Assembly (NCBI GenBank): GCA_947177165.1
Contig: CAMWTP010000020.1
Span: forward strand, 5,238-69,237
From: an uncultured Lachnospiraceae bacterium
GTDB taxonomy: Bacteria; Bacillota; Clostridia; Lachnospirales; Lachnospiraceae
Reading direction: 5' to 3'
Length of the DNA: 64,000 nucleotides
Of the stretch, positions 39,565-49,741 are shown in pieces. Positions within the stretch are counted from its first letter, which is position 1; every line of letters begins with the position of its first letter. The notes beneath the pieces were generated by a model. It was given only the letters and a program-made list of their open reading frames with translations, made no database searches and had not been told where the DNA came from. A program made the position numbers and the translations under genes.

Positions 39565-40572
39565 CTAATATCCCATCCAAAACTTTGGTATATATATTTC
39601 TTCATACAGAGAAATCGCAAACCTGTCTGTCATAGAACTTATGTAATCACACACAACTTTCTCGCGCGGCTCCCCCTGCAGTCCCAGCTCCACAAAAAAT
39701 TTCGGCAGCGCATCGGTATGCTTCATATAATATTCATACAAAGTCTTGACCAACGCTACCGCTTTGTTCTCCTCGCACTTTGCCACGGAATTGCTGTACA
39801 CCTTATCATACATGAAACGGCGCAGATTGCGCATTCCAAGTTCCACGTCATCCGACATCCGCACGTCATCTGTTCCCTTGCTCTGCGTCACAATGTCATG
39901 TATGAAATTGTTGAGCCGTTCCCGCGGACTGTAGCCGATGAGCTCACCAATCTCCCGCGGAATATCCCGCTCTCTCAGGATACCGGCCCTGACCGCATCA
40001 TCCATGTCATGGTAAGTATACGCAATCTTGTCTGAAAAACGGACTACTTTCCCTTCCAGCGTTGACGGCATACTCGAAGTCTGATGATTTCGCATCCCGT
40101 CCCGCACTTCCCATGTCAGATTAAGACCTTCGCCGTCCTTCTCGAGAAGCTCCACAGTGCGCACACTCTGCTCGTTGTGCCTGAATCCATACGGACAGAT
40201 TTCATTTAGCGCGCGCTCCCCCGCATGTCCGAAGGGAGTGTGCCCCAAATCATGGCCCAATGCGACGGCCTCCACAAGCTCCTCATTTAACTGCAGCGCT
40301 CTTGCGATCGTTCTCGCGTTCTGCGCTACTTCGAGCGTGTGTGTGAGTCTCGTCCTATAGTGGTCGCCCTCTGGCGACAAAAAAACCTGTGTCTTGTCCT
40401 TGAGACGCCGAAATGACTTGGAATGGAGTATCCTGTCCCTGTCTCGCTGAAACACAGGTCTGATATCACACTGCTCTTCCTCTCTGTCCCTGCCTCTTGA
40501 TCTGGCGCTGAGTGTGGCATATGGACTTAAATATTCGCTCTCCCACTGTTCAAGATTTTCACGTATTGTCAT
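39565..40572 (-). CDS. dgt: dGTP triphosphohydrolase-family HD protein
   Basis: FQRDRDRILHSKSFRRL, RTRLTHTLEV, HDLGHTPFGHAGE, DYISSMTD. Confidence 0.95.
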   Translation of the reverse strand: MTIRENLEQWESEYLSPYATLSARSRGRDREEEQCDIRPVFQRDRDRILHSKSFRRLKDKTQVFLSPEGDHYRTRLTHTLEVAQNARTIARALQLNEELVEAVALGHDLGHTPFGHAGERALNEICPYGFRHNEQSVRTVELLEKDGEGLNLTWEVRDGMRNHQTSSMPSTLEGKVVRFSDKIAYTYHDMDDAVRAGILRERDIPREIGELIGYSPRERLNNFIHDIVTQSKGTDDVRMSDDVELGMRNLRRFMYDKVYSNSVAKCEENKAVALVKTLYEYYMKHTDALPKFFVELGLQGEPREKVVCDYISSMTDRFAISLYEEIYIPKFWMGY

Positions 40573-40669
40573 GTCAATCTCCCGCATCTCACTAACTCCC
40601 ATGTTACACGCTTCAGCGGGCACTCAGATCCACGCAGAGAATGCCCGTACTGTTTTCTCTAATTTATAT

Positions 40670-40696
40670 ATTCCACACAGATTCCGAAATTCCTTT
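40670..40696 (-). promoter_or_regulatory. Sigma-H-like promoter upstream of dgt-dnaG-sigA
   Basis: Minus strand AAAGGAATT-11 nt-GTGGAAT matches the RNAGGAWWW-N11/12-RNNGAAT consensus. Confidence 0.55.
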
Positions 40697-40721
40697 TTTT
40701 CTTTTATTTCTACTGATATTT

Positions 40722-41582
40722 CTACAGATTTTTGTCAAATACTAACTCTACATAATCCCCCATGGCATGTTCTGCTTTGATAAAAAGGACTAAATGATTG
40801 TCCCTGATTGCCGAAAATCCCGCCGTAATCATCTCCGGGCTGTCGAAGTCAATATCATAATCGAGCAATGTTATGGCATAGTCTGTCACGGCACCATTGT
40901 TTAGGTAGGCCGAAAAATCTGCGGCATCGACGCCTTCATTTATAATCGTGTATCCATCGGCATTCTCCAGACTGCTCACAACCAGGGCTATGTCCGCAAA
41001 ATCCTTCAGTCTGACATTCTTTCCTGTATTCAGGTCAATGTTCAGTGTTTTGATCACATTGTTGGGATATGCGCTGTTTGCGTAATACTCTGTTCCCCTG
41101 AAAATAAAGGAAACAATACCATTCCCCTTTGTAGCTGTTTCGTACCTTAGTTCGTAGGAACTCAGATTGTCAGTCAAAATATTTTCGGCCACTGTTTTTC
41201 TAATCTTTTCGTTGATCTCCTGCTGCCTTGCCGCATCAGCCATCCCTGTAAGCTGCGGGTATTCCACGCTCACGGCACCATCCTCATATACTGTCGTTTC
41301 TATATTATAGAGGACACCATTGTCACCCGCCACGCGGTCTGCATATGGTACAACCATCTCCGTCTCACTCTCCGCAGAATCCTCAGTCTCCTGTACTGCT
41401 GTTTCCGCCTCCGTTGTAACTGGCTCATCGCGCACAATCACCTGTGTCCTGTCATCACGCGTGAGCGCGTCAAAATCCTCCACAATCAGCTCCTCTTCCT
41501 TTTTGTCTGCATTCCCTCCGCATCCTGCTGCTAACAGCATGATCACAATGAGAATACAGCTAATTCTTATATTCTTTCTCAT
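40722..41582 (-). CDS. Lipoprotein with DUF4163/PdaC-like domain
   Basis: Lipobox LAAG/C; VEYPQL, AYPNN..TLNIDLNTGK..LKD, HAMGD. Confidence 0.78.
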   Translation of the reverse strand: MRKNIRISCILIVIMLLAAGCGGNADKKEEELIVEDFDALTRDDRTQVIVRDEPVTTEAETAVQETEDSAESETEMVVPYADRVAGDNGVLYNIETTVYEDGAVSVEYPQLTGMADAARQQEINEKIRKTVAENILTDNLSSYELRYETATKGNGIVSFIFRGTEYYANSAYPNNVIKTLNIDLNTGKNVRLKDFADIALVVSSLENADGYTIINEGVDAADFSAYLNNGAVTDYAITLLDYDIDFDSPEMITAGFSAIRDNHLVLFIKAEHAMGDYVELVFDKNL

Positions 41583-41749
41583 AATGTTTCCTTTCATATT
41601 TGATGTTCGTATTTAATGTACTTTAATATCTGTAGAATTTGCTGTTACATGGCAGTATCTAATCTGTAGTCTTACGGGCCATTTCGATTTTGTCTGCATA
41701 ATTTCTTTACAACACTTTGACACCGGAGATTTGACTGACGTTATTCGTC

Positions 41750-42454
41750 TCACAATTCATTATCCATATATACTCTATTTGCAATGTATCCATACTTATC
41801 TTTACTAATTCGGATTACAAACGGAAATTGATTGCATTTTATACACATCCAAAAATCTTCTTCTGGGAAAACATCCTGCCTGTTCTTGTCAAAGAAATGT
41901 TGTCCTCCATTGTGCCGAAGTTCTTTCACTCTATTCTGAAAATCTATAAAATCTGTACCTTCCAGGATGCTTTTTATATATTCCGCACATAACTCATCCT
42001 CAGGTGCCGGACGTACTCCACCGTTTCCCATACAGACTAATGATACTGTTTCCGGCTGCTTTTCAAATATATAATCAGTTACTGCTTTTGCATTGACTAA
42101 GCTCCCTGTAATCATCTCGCCAGCTTTTGTCGCGTTCATGATTCCCTGTGTACCTGCACTGGTTGTATGAATGATACATTTCCCTCTGACATCTTCTGCA
42201 GTAATAGAAGACGGCGAATTCCCATAATCAAACCCCTCACATTTTTTGCCATGACGTTCGCCGACAAGTACGCTATTCTGGAATTTATTTTTCAATTGAA
42301 ATGCATCTTCAATCGTTCCAACAGGCCGAATTTCTTTAACGCCCATATCATATAAATAACACTCCAATGAAAATGCCCTGAACACATCAATAATTACTGT
42401 CAGGCCTTCCGCCTGTTTCGCTCCTTCAATAAAATGTAAAATCTTTATCTGCAT
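41750..42454 (-). CDS. 2-phosphosulfolactate phosphatase-family protein
   Basis: VIIDVFRAFS, GERHG, DYGNSPS, TTSAGT, EDELCA; AT-richer than its neighbours by eye. Confidence 0.9.
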   Translation of the reverse strand: MQIKILHFIEGAKQAEGLTVIIDVFRAFSLECYLYDMGVKEIRPVGTIEDAFQLKNKFQNSVLVGERHGKKCEGFDYGNSPSSITAEDVRGKCIIHTTSAGTQGIMNATKAGEMITGSLVNAKAVTDYIFEKQPETVSLVCMGNGGVRPAPEDELCAEYIKSILEGTDFIDFQNRVKELRHNGGQHFFDKNRQDVFPEEDFWMCIKCNQFPFVIRISKDKYGYIANRVYMDNEL

Positions 42455-42843
42455 ACGGCTTTTCTCCTGCTTTCTATCTGGAATTTCTTAAAATATATCA
42501 ATCTGCACCAGACCAAATCCTGTCTCAATTTCATAACTACCATCAACCAATTTTTTTATTCGACTCTAAAAATTCCCATAGGCACCTCTGGTACTTTATT
42601 TCTTTAAAATGTTCTCTCGCAGAAAATTTTTAATTCTTAGCTGTAATTATATCATAACGTTGGTTATTCTGCATTAAGATTTTTGTGGTCCAACTCTGAT
42701 TTCCTCTGCATTGGCATGCGCACAAAAAATGCACGCATAGCATGAATTTATACGCGCATTTAATCTGTAACGAATTTAAATCAGGTAATAACAAAAAATA
42801 AGGAAACCCAGTTTTTATCGGGATTTCCTCACTATTAACCAGC

Positions 42844-42927
42844 TGCGGAAGATGGGACTTGAACCCACACGTCGTTACCGACACAAGATCCTTAGTCTTG
42901 CCTGTCTGCCAATTCCAGCACTTCCGC
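42844..42927 (-). tRNA. tRNA-Leu, anticodon AAG, CCA not encoded
   Basis: GCGGAAGTGCTGGAATTGGCAGACAGG-CAAGA-CTAAGGA-TCTTG-variable arm-GTGGGTTCAAGTCCCAT-CTTCCGC-A; promoter TTGACA-17-TAAGAT at 42939-42967. Confidence 0.96.
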
Positions 42928-43083
42928 GAACAAAATCTATCTTATCGCATATCTTCTTTTTTGTCAACAGTTTTTTCACGAAAATGTCAAATAAGCGTAA
43001 CAGTTCAGCAGCCTCCACGCTTTCTCAGGGACTTCGCAGTGCAGTGCGAAGTCCTGGGCTGAACTATAATAAATAAGCATACT

Positions 43084-43635
43084 CTATATTCTCTCAAAAT
43101 ATTTCGGCTCTACTTTCTTAGTAAGCCACACACCGTTCTCGGACAGATAGAAGGAAACACCGTCTTGGTACATACTGCCGCTGTGTATCCTGAGGACAAT
43201 CGGCTTTCCATGCCGTTTTCCAACATTGATTGCTGTCTCGACATCCTTCGACAGATGCACATACAGCCGCGACATCGGTTTGAGTCCCTGCTTTTTAATA
43301 CTTTCATAGAAGCCGGTCGCCGTACCGTGATATAGAAATTCCGGCGGTTCCTGCTCCTTTAATCCGACATCAACAGGAATGCTGTGACCTTGGTTGGCGC
43401 GAATCAGTGTCTTATCCTCGTTAAACGAATACCGCTGCTTCTCATCTGTCCTGACAATCTCCTCCAGTATCGTCCTGTTGATTTTTCTTCCGGTTCTTTT
43501 TATCCCTGACAGCAGCTGCTCCACGTCCGCCCAGCCATGTTCGTCCAGCTGTATATAGGCTGCTTCCGGATGATGGCGCAGGACAAGGCTGATGAACTTA
43601 CTCATACTGTCTTTCTTATTGCTCACAGCTATCAC
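43084..43635 (-). CDS. kptA: RNA 2'-phosphotransferase (KptA/Tpt1)
   Basis: SLVLRH, KQRY, IRANQGHS, LYHGT, RLYVHLS, NGVWLT. Confidence 0.95.
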   Translation of the reverse strand: MIAVSNKKDSMSKFISLVLRHHPEAAYIQLDEHGWADVEQLLSGIKRTGRKINRTILEEIVRTDEKQRYSFNEDKTLIRANQGHSIPVDVGLKEQEPPEFLYHGTATGFYESIKKQGLKPMSRLYVHLSKDVETAINVGKRHGKPIVLRIHSGSMYQDGVSFYLSENGVWLTKKVEPKYFERI

Positions 43636-43642
43636 TCCTTAC

Positions 43643-45223
43643 TTATTTTTTCTTTTCCACTTTCTCTATCACGCAGCTGTGCGGTTTTTCTGCGTTATCT
43701 TTATTGTAGTTGATTCCGACAAGCAATATTTCTCCGGTGTAATTCTCCAGCGCCTGTGTGTACTGTCTGTTCTTAATCTGCTGTATGGCAGAGTTGGCTG
43801 TCTTGTCATATTTCAGCTCTACGATCAGCGCTGGTTTCCCTGTGTGGGGAAGCGGCAGAAATGCGATATCTGCATATCCGCGTCCTGTTGGCAGCTCCCT
43901 GATGAGCATGTAGTCTTTCCTTGCACTGTAATACGCAAGCCCGATCGCACACCCCAATGAGTTCTCGTCATTGTAAGTCAAAATCGATGATATTTCCGTA
44001 TGCGCCCTGTCAAGCCCTTCCGCGACACTTTTTTCGTCACATGCCAAAGTATCATCCAGAAGTTTCCCGGACGCCTTTACGACGCGCATGACCTCAGACC
44101 AGCCTTTCACACTCATCGCTGTCTCAAACTCCTCAACAATCTCCTTGTTCGGAATAAAGACTTCCTTTGTCACTGCATCATATGCCAGATACCCCAGATG
44201 AATCAACAGTGTCAGCACATCGTCCTTCGTCTCTAAATTGCGCATATCATTCCGAAAACTGCGTGTGTTAACCCCCACACGTCCGCCGCCAAGCATTCTT
44301 ACGATATCCGCGCGCAGTCCGGCAAAATCCATATCGATATAAACTTTCAATGCATCGTAGACTTCTGTGGAAGTCCAGTAATTTGATAGTCGGCGGCAGC
44401 ACATCGCCTCCACGACCGACCGTGGATTGTAGATATGTTGAAACCTCGTAAACATATATCCGTCATACCAACTGCTCATCTCAGTAAAATCCATATCAAA
44501 TCGTCCGCAAAGTGCTTTTACTTCGTCCTCTGTAAAACCAGTAAACTCTTCAAACGCTTTCTGGTCTGTCATCGAATACTCGGTAAACATGTTCAACGCC
44601 GAGTGTTCCCCGTATTTCTTCACCGGCAAAATTCCTGTCATATAGGCGAGTGCCACATAGGGCTGATCTTTCAGCAGATTTCTCAAGAAGTCAAGATACT
44701 GTTTCTGCTGTGTCTCTGATTCCTGCCTCTCGCGCATCACGCAGTCCCACTCATCGACCAGAAAAACAAACTTTCTCTTCGTTTTGGCATATATCCTGCG
44801 CAGCGCATAGGCAAGTCCCATATCCTGCCGCCCGGATACATCTCCATATTCTTCTTTAAGCTCCTCGAGCACTTCCTGTTCCAGATACTTTGTCAGATCT
44901 GGATTCTCTGATTCAATCAGGAACTGCTGCATATTCAGATAAATCACATCATACCGATTCAGATGCTGCCGGAAGGATTCCTCGTTTTCGATTTTCAGCC
45001 CCTGAAACAAATCCGTCGAATCACAGCCGTTGCTGTAGTAAGCGGCAAGCATTTTCAGCGCCATCGACTTTCCGAAACGACGCGGCCTGCTGACACATAT
45101 AAACCGCTGTTCTGTGTTGAGCAATTCATTTGTACACGCAATCAGCCCTGTCTTGTCCACATATATTTTGGAACGGACTGATATCCAGAAACCATCATTG
45201 TCCGGATTTAAGTAAATCCCCAT
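43643..45223 (-). CDS. AAA-ATPase-like protein with C-terminal PD-(D/E)XK nuclease-like domain
   Basis: YVDKT, RPRRFGKS, VDEWD, YNPRS, IPNKEI; C-terminal RELPTGRGYADI...VELK...AIQQI...Y. Confidence 0.9.
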   Translation of the reverse strand: MGIYLNPDNDGFWISVRSKIYVDKTGLIACTNELLNTEQRFICVSRPRRFGKSMALKMLAAYYSNGCDSTDLFQGLKIENEESFRQHLNRYDVIYLNMQQFLIESENPDLTKYLEQEVLEELKEEYGDVSGRQDMGLAYALRRIYAKTKRKFVFLVDEWDCVMRERQESETQQKQYLDFLRNLLKDQPYVALAYMTGILPVKKYGEHSALNMFTEYSMTDQKAFEEFTGFTEDEVKALCGRFDMDFTEMSSWYDGYMFTRFQHIYNPRSVVEAMCCRRLSNYWTSTEVYDALKVYIDMDFAGLRADIVRMLGGGRVGVNTRSFRNDMRNLETKDDVLTLLIHLGYLAYDAVTKEVFIPNKEIVEEFETAMSVKGWSEVMRVVKASGKLLDDTLACDEKSVAEGLDRAHTEISSILTYNDENSLGCAIGLAYYSARKDYMLIRELPTGRGYADIAFLPLPHTGKPALIVELKYDKTANSAIQQIKNRQYTQALENYTGEILLVGINYNKDNAEKPHSCVIEKVEKKK

Positions 45224-45315
45224 ATGCCATGCCTCCAATTCCCATCAGGATGCACAATGCCCGATTCACCGCTCTGCTTTTTCCCGCCCGTTGTCTGCAC
45301 ATGCGTTTTTTATTC

Positions 45316-47307
45316 TCACGCCTTCACTTCCGCCGGGATTCTCAATACCGAAAAGGAAAATGGCGGTGCCTGGTATTGATTGTTCTCCAACGATACGACG
45401 CTTTCCTCCGGCTGTACCAGTTCATTTCCGAGTGTATTGATATCGGAAAGCTGTCTTCCGGTTAACTGAATCACGCGTGCATTCTGATCTGATTTTTCCC
45501 AACGATTATCAAAAGCAAACACAACGTTCTGTGCTTTTGATGATGCATTGACAAGCTTGACGATCAGCTCCTTTGCACTCCCGTCATAGCTTACCTGACA
45601 AGGCATCTCCCCGCTTTGTGCATCGATTTCCATAGCAACATTATAATCGCCAGGATTCTTTGCAAACATCTGCTGCACAAAATAACTCGGCGTCCTGCAC
45701 ACCTTCTTGTCATCAAACCAGATCAGGTCAGGATTCCACTGCGTATATCCGACGCGCGCCAGGAGCGGTGCATAGCAGGTCATGACCACCACATCGCTGT
45801 TCCGCGCCATTCCTGTCATAAATGCCGCCTCCGCGAGCGCCGCTTCCAGCGTATTCCTCTCCGTATCTTTCTCAGGGATAGGCTTAACGGGGTCTGTCGA
45901 ATGTGCCGCATACTCTCCAAAGAAAACCTTTGTGCCGCGTGACACTTTGTCAAAGTAATCCGTATGCGCAAAGAACCACTCTGGTTTTATATAATAATGC
46001 TCATCCACCGCATATGCAAAATTTTCCCTGTCCTCATGTGCATGGTAAAAATCCCACGCCGCCTGAAACCGCGGGGAATCCAACTCCGGCCCCGCTGTGC
46101 CGATTAACCGGATCTCAGGATATACCTTGTGAATCTCTCTCTCAAACAGCTGATACCGCTCAAAGAAACGGCTTTCTTCGTCCTCCCACTGCTCATTTCC
46201 GACACCGACCATCTCCAGGCCAAAGGGCGCCTCATGTCCCATCTTTGCGCGGACAGAGCCCCATTTTGTGTCCGTTTTGCCGTTTGCAAATTCAATCAGG
46301 TCAAGATACTCCTGTATATACTCGTAAATCTCCGGCGATTCCAAATCCACCTTCTCATGCGACTGGTACTGACACGCCAAGCCCACCCCGAGAACCGGAA
46401 GCGGCTTTGCACCCAGATATTCACACAGCAGAAAATATTCGTAAAAGCCGATCCCGTACGTCTGTCCATAGTGGGCATAGCGGCTGTGAAAGTTGTTTTC
46501 CGCACTGTTCCCGTGTGTTGCCCACCGGTTCCAGTTGTAACGGCGCTCCTCCTTGTCTCCAAGTGTATCCTTAAACCGATAGCGGTTGGCAAGTGTAGAC
46601 CCCTCCACCACGCATCCGCCAGGGAAACGCAGGAAACCAGGCTGCAGGTCTTTCAGACACTCCGCGAGATCTTTTCGAAAAATTCCGCACACTGCGTCTT
46701 CCGGCATCATGGAAAAATGGTCAAACTCCACAGTCCCCTGGTTCTCCAGCAGAACTGCAAACGCTGCATTCTGAACCTCTTTCTCCACAGACAGCTCCAG
46801 CGTATATGGAACCCATTTGTTCCAGCCAAAGGCATCTGCCATCTCGACTGCGACACTCTTTTCGCAGACAGTATTTCCGTCTTTTATAATAGCAACTGTT
46901 ATCTTACCTTCATATTTCACACTCCGCGCATAAAAAGAGACCGTATATCTCACACCGGGGCGCAGATAAATGCCGTCGTACGCCTTGTTGGAAAAACCAC
47001 ACTTTTCCTGTCCGCTCTCCACCCTGAGATAATGCGGACTGTTCATGGATACAGGACTTCCCTGCACAACGGAAAGCTGTACGGGCGCATTTTCAGGGCA
47101 GGCTTTCCACGCGTACAGCCCGTCATGCCTGACGTAATAATCCTTTTTGTTCTCACCGCCAAACGCTTCGAGACTTTCAAAATTTCTGTTCTCCAGCAGC
47201 TCTGCATACAACCCGCCGTCCACCGCATAATTAATGTCCTCAATAAAAAGCCCCACGAACTCTTTTGGAATGTCTGCACCCTTTTTTCCTGTGATTGTCA
47301 GTTTCAT
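45316..47307 (-). CDS. GH51 alpha-L-arabinofuranosidase
   Basis: EDINYAVDGGLYAELLENRNFE, LRFPGGC, VGNE, DEHYY, GEYAA, YAPLLA; no signal peptide. Confidence 0.92.
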   Translation of the reverse strand: MKLTITGKKGADIPKEFVGLFIEDINYAVDGGLYAELLENRNFESLEAFGGENKKDYYVRHDGLYAWKACPENAPVQLSVVQGSPVSMNSPHYLRVESGQEKCGFSNKAYDGIYLRPGVRYTVSFYARSVKYEGKITVAIIKDGNTVCEKSVAVEMADAFGWNKWVPYTLELSVEKEVQNAAFAVLLENQGTVEFDHFSMMPEDAVCGIFRKDLAECLKDLQPGFLRFPGGCVVEGSTLANRYRFKDTLGDKEERRYNWNRWATHGNSAENNFHSRYAHYGQTYGIGFYEYFLLCEYLGAKPLPVLGVGLACQYQSHEKVDLESPEIYEYIQEYLDLIEFANGKTDTKWGSVRAKMGHEAPFGLEMVGVGNEQWEDEESRFFERYQLFEREIHKVYPEIRLIGTAGPELDSPRFQAAWDFYHAHEDRENFAYAVDEHYYIKPEWFFAHTDYFDKVSRGTKVFFGEYAAHSTDPVKPIPEKDTERNTLEAALAEAAFMTGMARNSDVVVMTCYAPLLARVGYTQWNPDLIWFDDKKVCRTPSYFVQQMFAKNPGDYNVAMEIDAQSGEMPCQVSYDGSAKELIVKLVNASSKAQNVVFAFDNRWEKSDQNARVIQLTGRQLSDINTLGNELVQPEESVVSLENNQYQAPPFSFSVLRIPAEVKA

Positions 47308-47377
47308 ATCTGATTTCCTCCTCTGTGTCCCGGACACGATATTTCTTCTCTCAATTATAACAGACTTGCAGACTCTT

Positions 47378-48385
47378 TCAAGCTCTTTCCTTCAAAACTT
47401 TATACCAATAACGCTCCAGCACCTGCGCTCCTGCGTTAAAAATCTCATGCTTCACGCCGCGCACCCGCACGAGCTTCGCCTTCCCTCTCCTGCGCCGGCT
47501 CAGTTTTCTCACAAACCGTTCCTGCTCCTTCTTTGAGACGTATGTCTCGCACTCAGCCTGGAAAACCAGCACAGGGCAGGTGATGCCGCGCCATGCCTTC
47601 CTTTGCAGATAATAATTCAGCCGCACCGCCTGCCAAAGCCACCCGTAGGATACCGCATTCATCTGAAACAAGGGTTCCCGGCTCCGCTTTTCCTGATAAT
47701 AATTGTATCTTGCCTCCGACACAGAGGCACTGCCGGCAAATGGTTCTGGTCCGCTATATGCATGGTTCCCCATCACATACTGCTCCCCTTTTCCCGCGGC
47801 ACAGAAAACCTTTGCAGTCACACAGGCCAATGCCCACGGAACAGGTGCACTGCTTGGCCGAATCATCGGAGAGGACAGGATGAGCCGGACAAAAAATCCT
47901 GGCGCCTGCGCTGCCGCTGCCGCCGCCGCCGCAATCCCGCCGCCCATGGAATGTCCATACAAGCTGACCGGCAGGCTGGGAAACGCTGCTGCTGCCATGC
48001 GGCTCACATACAACAGGTCATCCACATACCGTGTATAATCCTCCACATGCACAAGCGACAAATCGTTTGTATCGCTGCACATGCGGTAACTGTGCCCATG
48101 TCCGCAGTGCTCCGGCATAAAGACATGGTATCCCCCGCGAAGAAAGTAGTATATATTTTCCTTGTATTTCTCGATTGTCTCTGTGTAGCCATGCGAAATA
48201 ACAACGATACCTTTTGGCTGGTCCGCAAGGCACCGCGCATAAAAAATCCGCTTTCCCGGCTCGCGCTCACAGTATCCTGTCGTCATCCGCTCCGCAAGAT
48301 ACGGCTCGACAACCGTCTCCATCACCTCCGCATATCCTTCTTCCGGCAATATCATATCACGTACTGCGCTCCTGTCCATCTCCAT
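47378..48385 (-). CDS. Alpha/beta hydrolase, lysophospholipase L2 / monoglyceride lipase-like
   Basis: SHGYTE, GHGHS, nucleophile GHSMGG, KHEI. Confidence 0.88.
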   Translation of the reverse strand: MEMDRSAVRDMILPEEGYAEVMETVVEPYLAERMTTGYCEREPGKRIFYARCLADQPKGIVVISHGYTETIEKYKENIYYFLRGGYHVFMPEHCGHGHSYRMCSDTNDLSLVHVEDYTRYVDDLLYVSRMAAAAFPSLPVSLYGHSMGGGIAAAAAAAAQAPGFFVRLILSSPMIRPSSAPVPWALACVTAKVFCAAGKGEQYVMGNHAYSGPEPFAGSASVSEARYNYYQEKRSREPLFQMNAVSYGWLWQAVRLNYYLQRKAWRGITCPVLVFQAECETYVSKKEQERFVRKLSRRRRGKAKLVRVRGVKHEIFNAGAQVLERYWYKVLKERA

Positions 48386-48391
48386 GCCCTC

Positions 48392-49741
48392 CTACACAAT
48401 ATCCTTGTTAATCCTGCGCTCATTGTAAAAGAGAAATATGACTCCGCCCAGAAAGCAGAAACATGCCGCTCCAAATGCCGCGATGCGGTATCCTGCCCCC
48501 GACGTACTCCCGATTGTGGAAACAGCTGTAAACAGCAGCATGGACAGACTCTGGCCAAGTTTAAATGCAAAGGTTCTGGCCGCATAGAACATTCCCTCCC
48601 TGTTGCTTCCTGTGCGCCTTGCGTCACTCTGCGCGATGTCGGCAACGACCGCCTGCGGGAGAATCCCAAACACCGCCATCGGCAAAGACGCCACCACCAT
48701 CAGAATCAATCCTTGGACATTTGCCGGAATCACAGAAATCCTTCCGAGAAATCCTGTATACAGGTAAGATAGCGCAAAGATTACAAACGCCGCCAGTATC
48801 AGCTTCTTTTTCCCAAGCTTTGGCGCCAGCTTGTTAATCGGAATATAAAACACCAGCGACAGTGCTGTCATGCCGACAAAGTAAATCGTCGTCATCGTCT
48901 CTGGAAGCTTCAAAAGACTTGTCACGAAAAACGGAAGTCCGGTCTGAAACATTGTAATCGCAATCCAGTACAGAATATCCGAGCCGACGAACTTACAAAA
49001 TTCCCTGTTTTTAAACGTGGAGGCAAGCGAGGAAAACGCTGTATCCTGTGAAGGTACTGTATTGACATACTCCTTTTCCCTGATTGACCAGACTGGTATC
49101 TGCATACACACAAAGGCAAACACCGCCATGACAGCGAATGTCACGCGGATTGCATTGACGCGCCCAAACACCGGAATCAGCGTTCCCCAGATTACCGGCG
49201 CCAGATAAGCGACCGCCGTTCCCGCAATAAATGTAAAGGAAATCACGGTTGAAATGTTCAGCCGCTCCTGCTGGTTGTGCCCCAACTCTGGTATCAGGGC
49301 ATTGTAGGGCGTACAGTAAGCCGTAATTGACAAATAATACGCCATCACCATCACAAACAAAAATCCGGCGTTCAGCCAGCTGTTTTGACGGACTGGCGAC
49401 CAGAACACAAGCACTGTGGAGAGTGCAAGCGGCAGAGAAGCCCATTTTAGAAACGGAATGCGCCTCCCCTGCTGCGAAGTACAACGGTCCGACAAGGACG
49501 CAATCCATGGGTCTGTAAATGCGTCAAAGAGCCGCCCAAACGCTGTAATCCCCCCAATCACCGTAAAAATACCCAGAATAACCAACCCCTGTGGAATAAA
49601 CACAGTCTGCCCCTGCGCAATCGATGCCTCGTCCGGCTGATAGAAATACACCAGCCAGTTTGAAATCAGGCCGGACAATAATGACCAGCCAAACTGTCCC
49701 ATCGCAAAAAGCCACATTTTTCCTGTCGATAAAGATTTCAT
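48392..49741 (-). CDS. MFS transporter, GPH/MelB-like
   Basis: About 12 TMs; DAFTDPWIASLSD...GRRIPF, PYNALIPEL, REGMFY. Confidence 0.92.
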   Translation of the reverse strand: MKSLSTGKMWLFAMGQFGWSLLSGLISNWLVYFYQPDEASIAQGQTVFIPQGLVILGIFTVIGGITAFGRLFDAFTDPWIASLSDRCTSQQGRRIPFLKWASLPLALSTVLVFWSPVRQNSWLNAGFLFVMVMAYYLSITAYCTPYNALIPELGHNQQERLNISTVISFTFIAGTAVAYLAPVIWGTLIPVFGRVNAIRVTFAVMAVFAFVCMQIPVWSIREKEYVNTVPSQDTAFSSLASTFKNREFCKFVGSDILYWIAITMFQTGLPFFVTSLLKLPETMTTIYFVGMTALSLVFYIPINKLAPKLGKKKLILAAFVIFALSYLYTGFLGRISVIPANVQGLILMVVASLPMAVFGILPQAVVADIAQSDARRTGSNREGMFYAARTFAFKLGQSLSMLLFTAVSTIGSTSGAGYRIAAFGAACFCFLGGVIFLFYNERRINKDIV

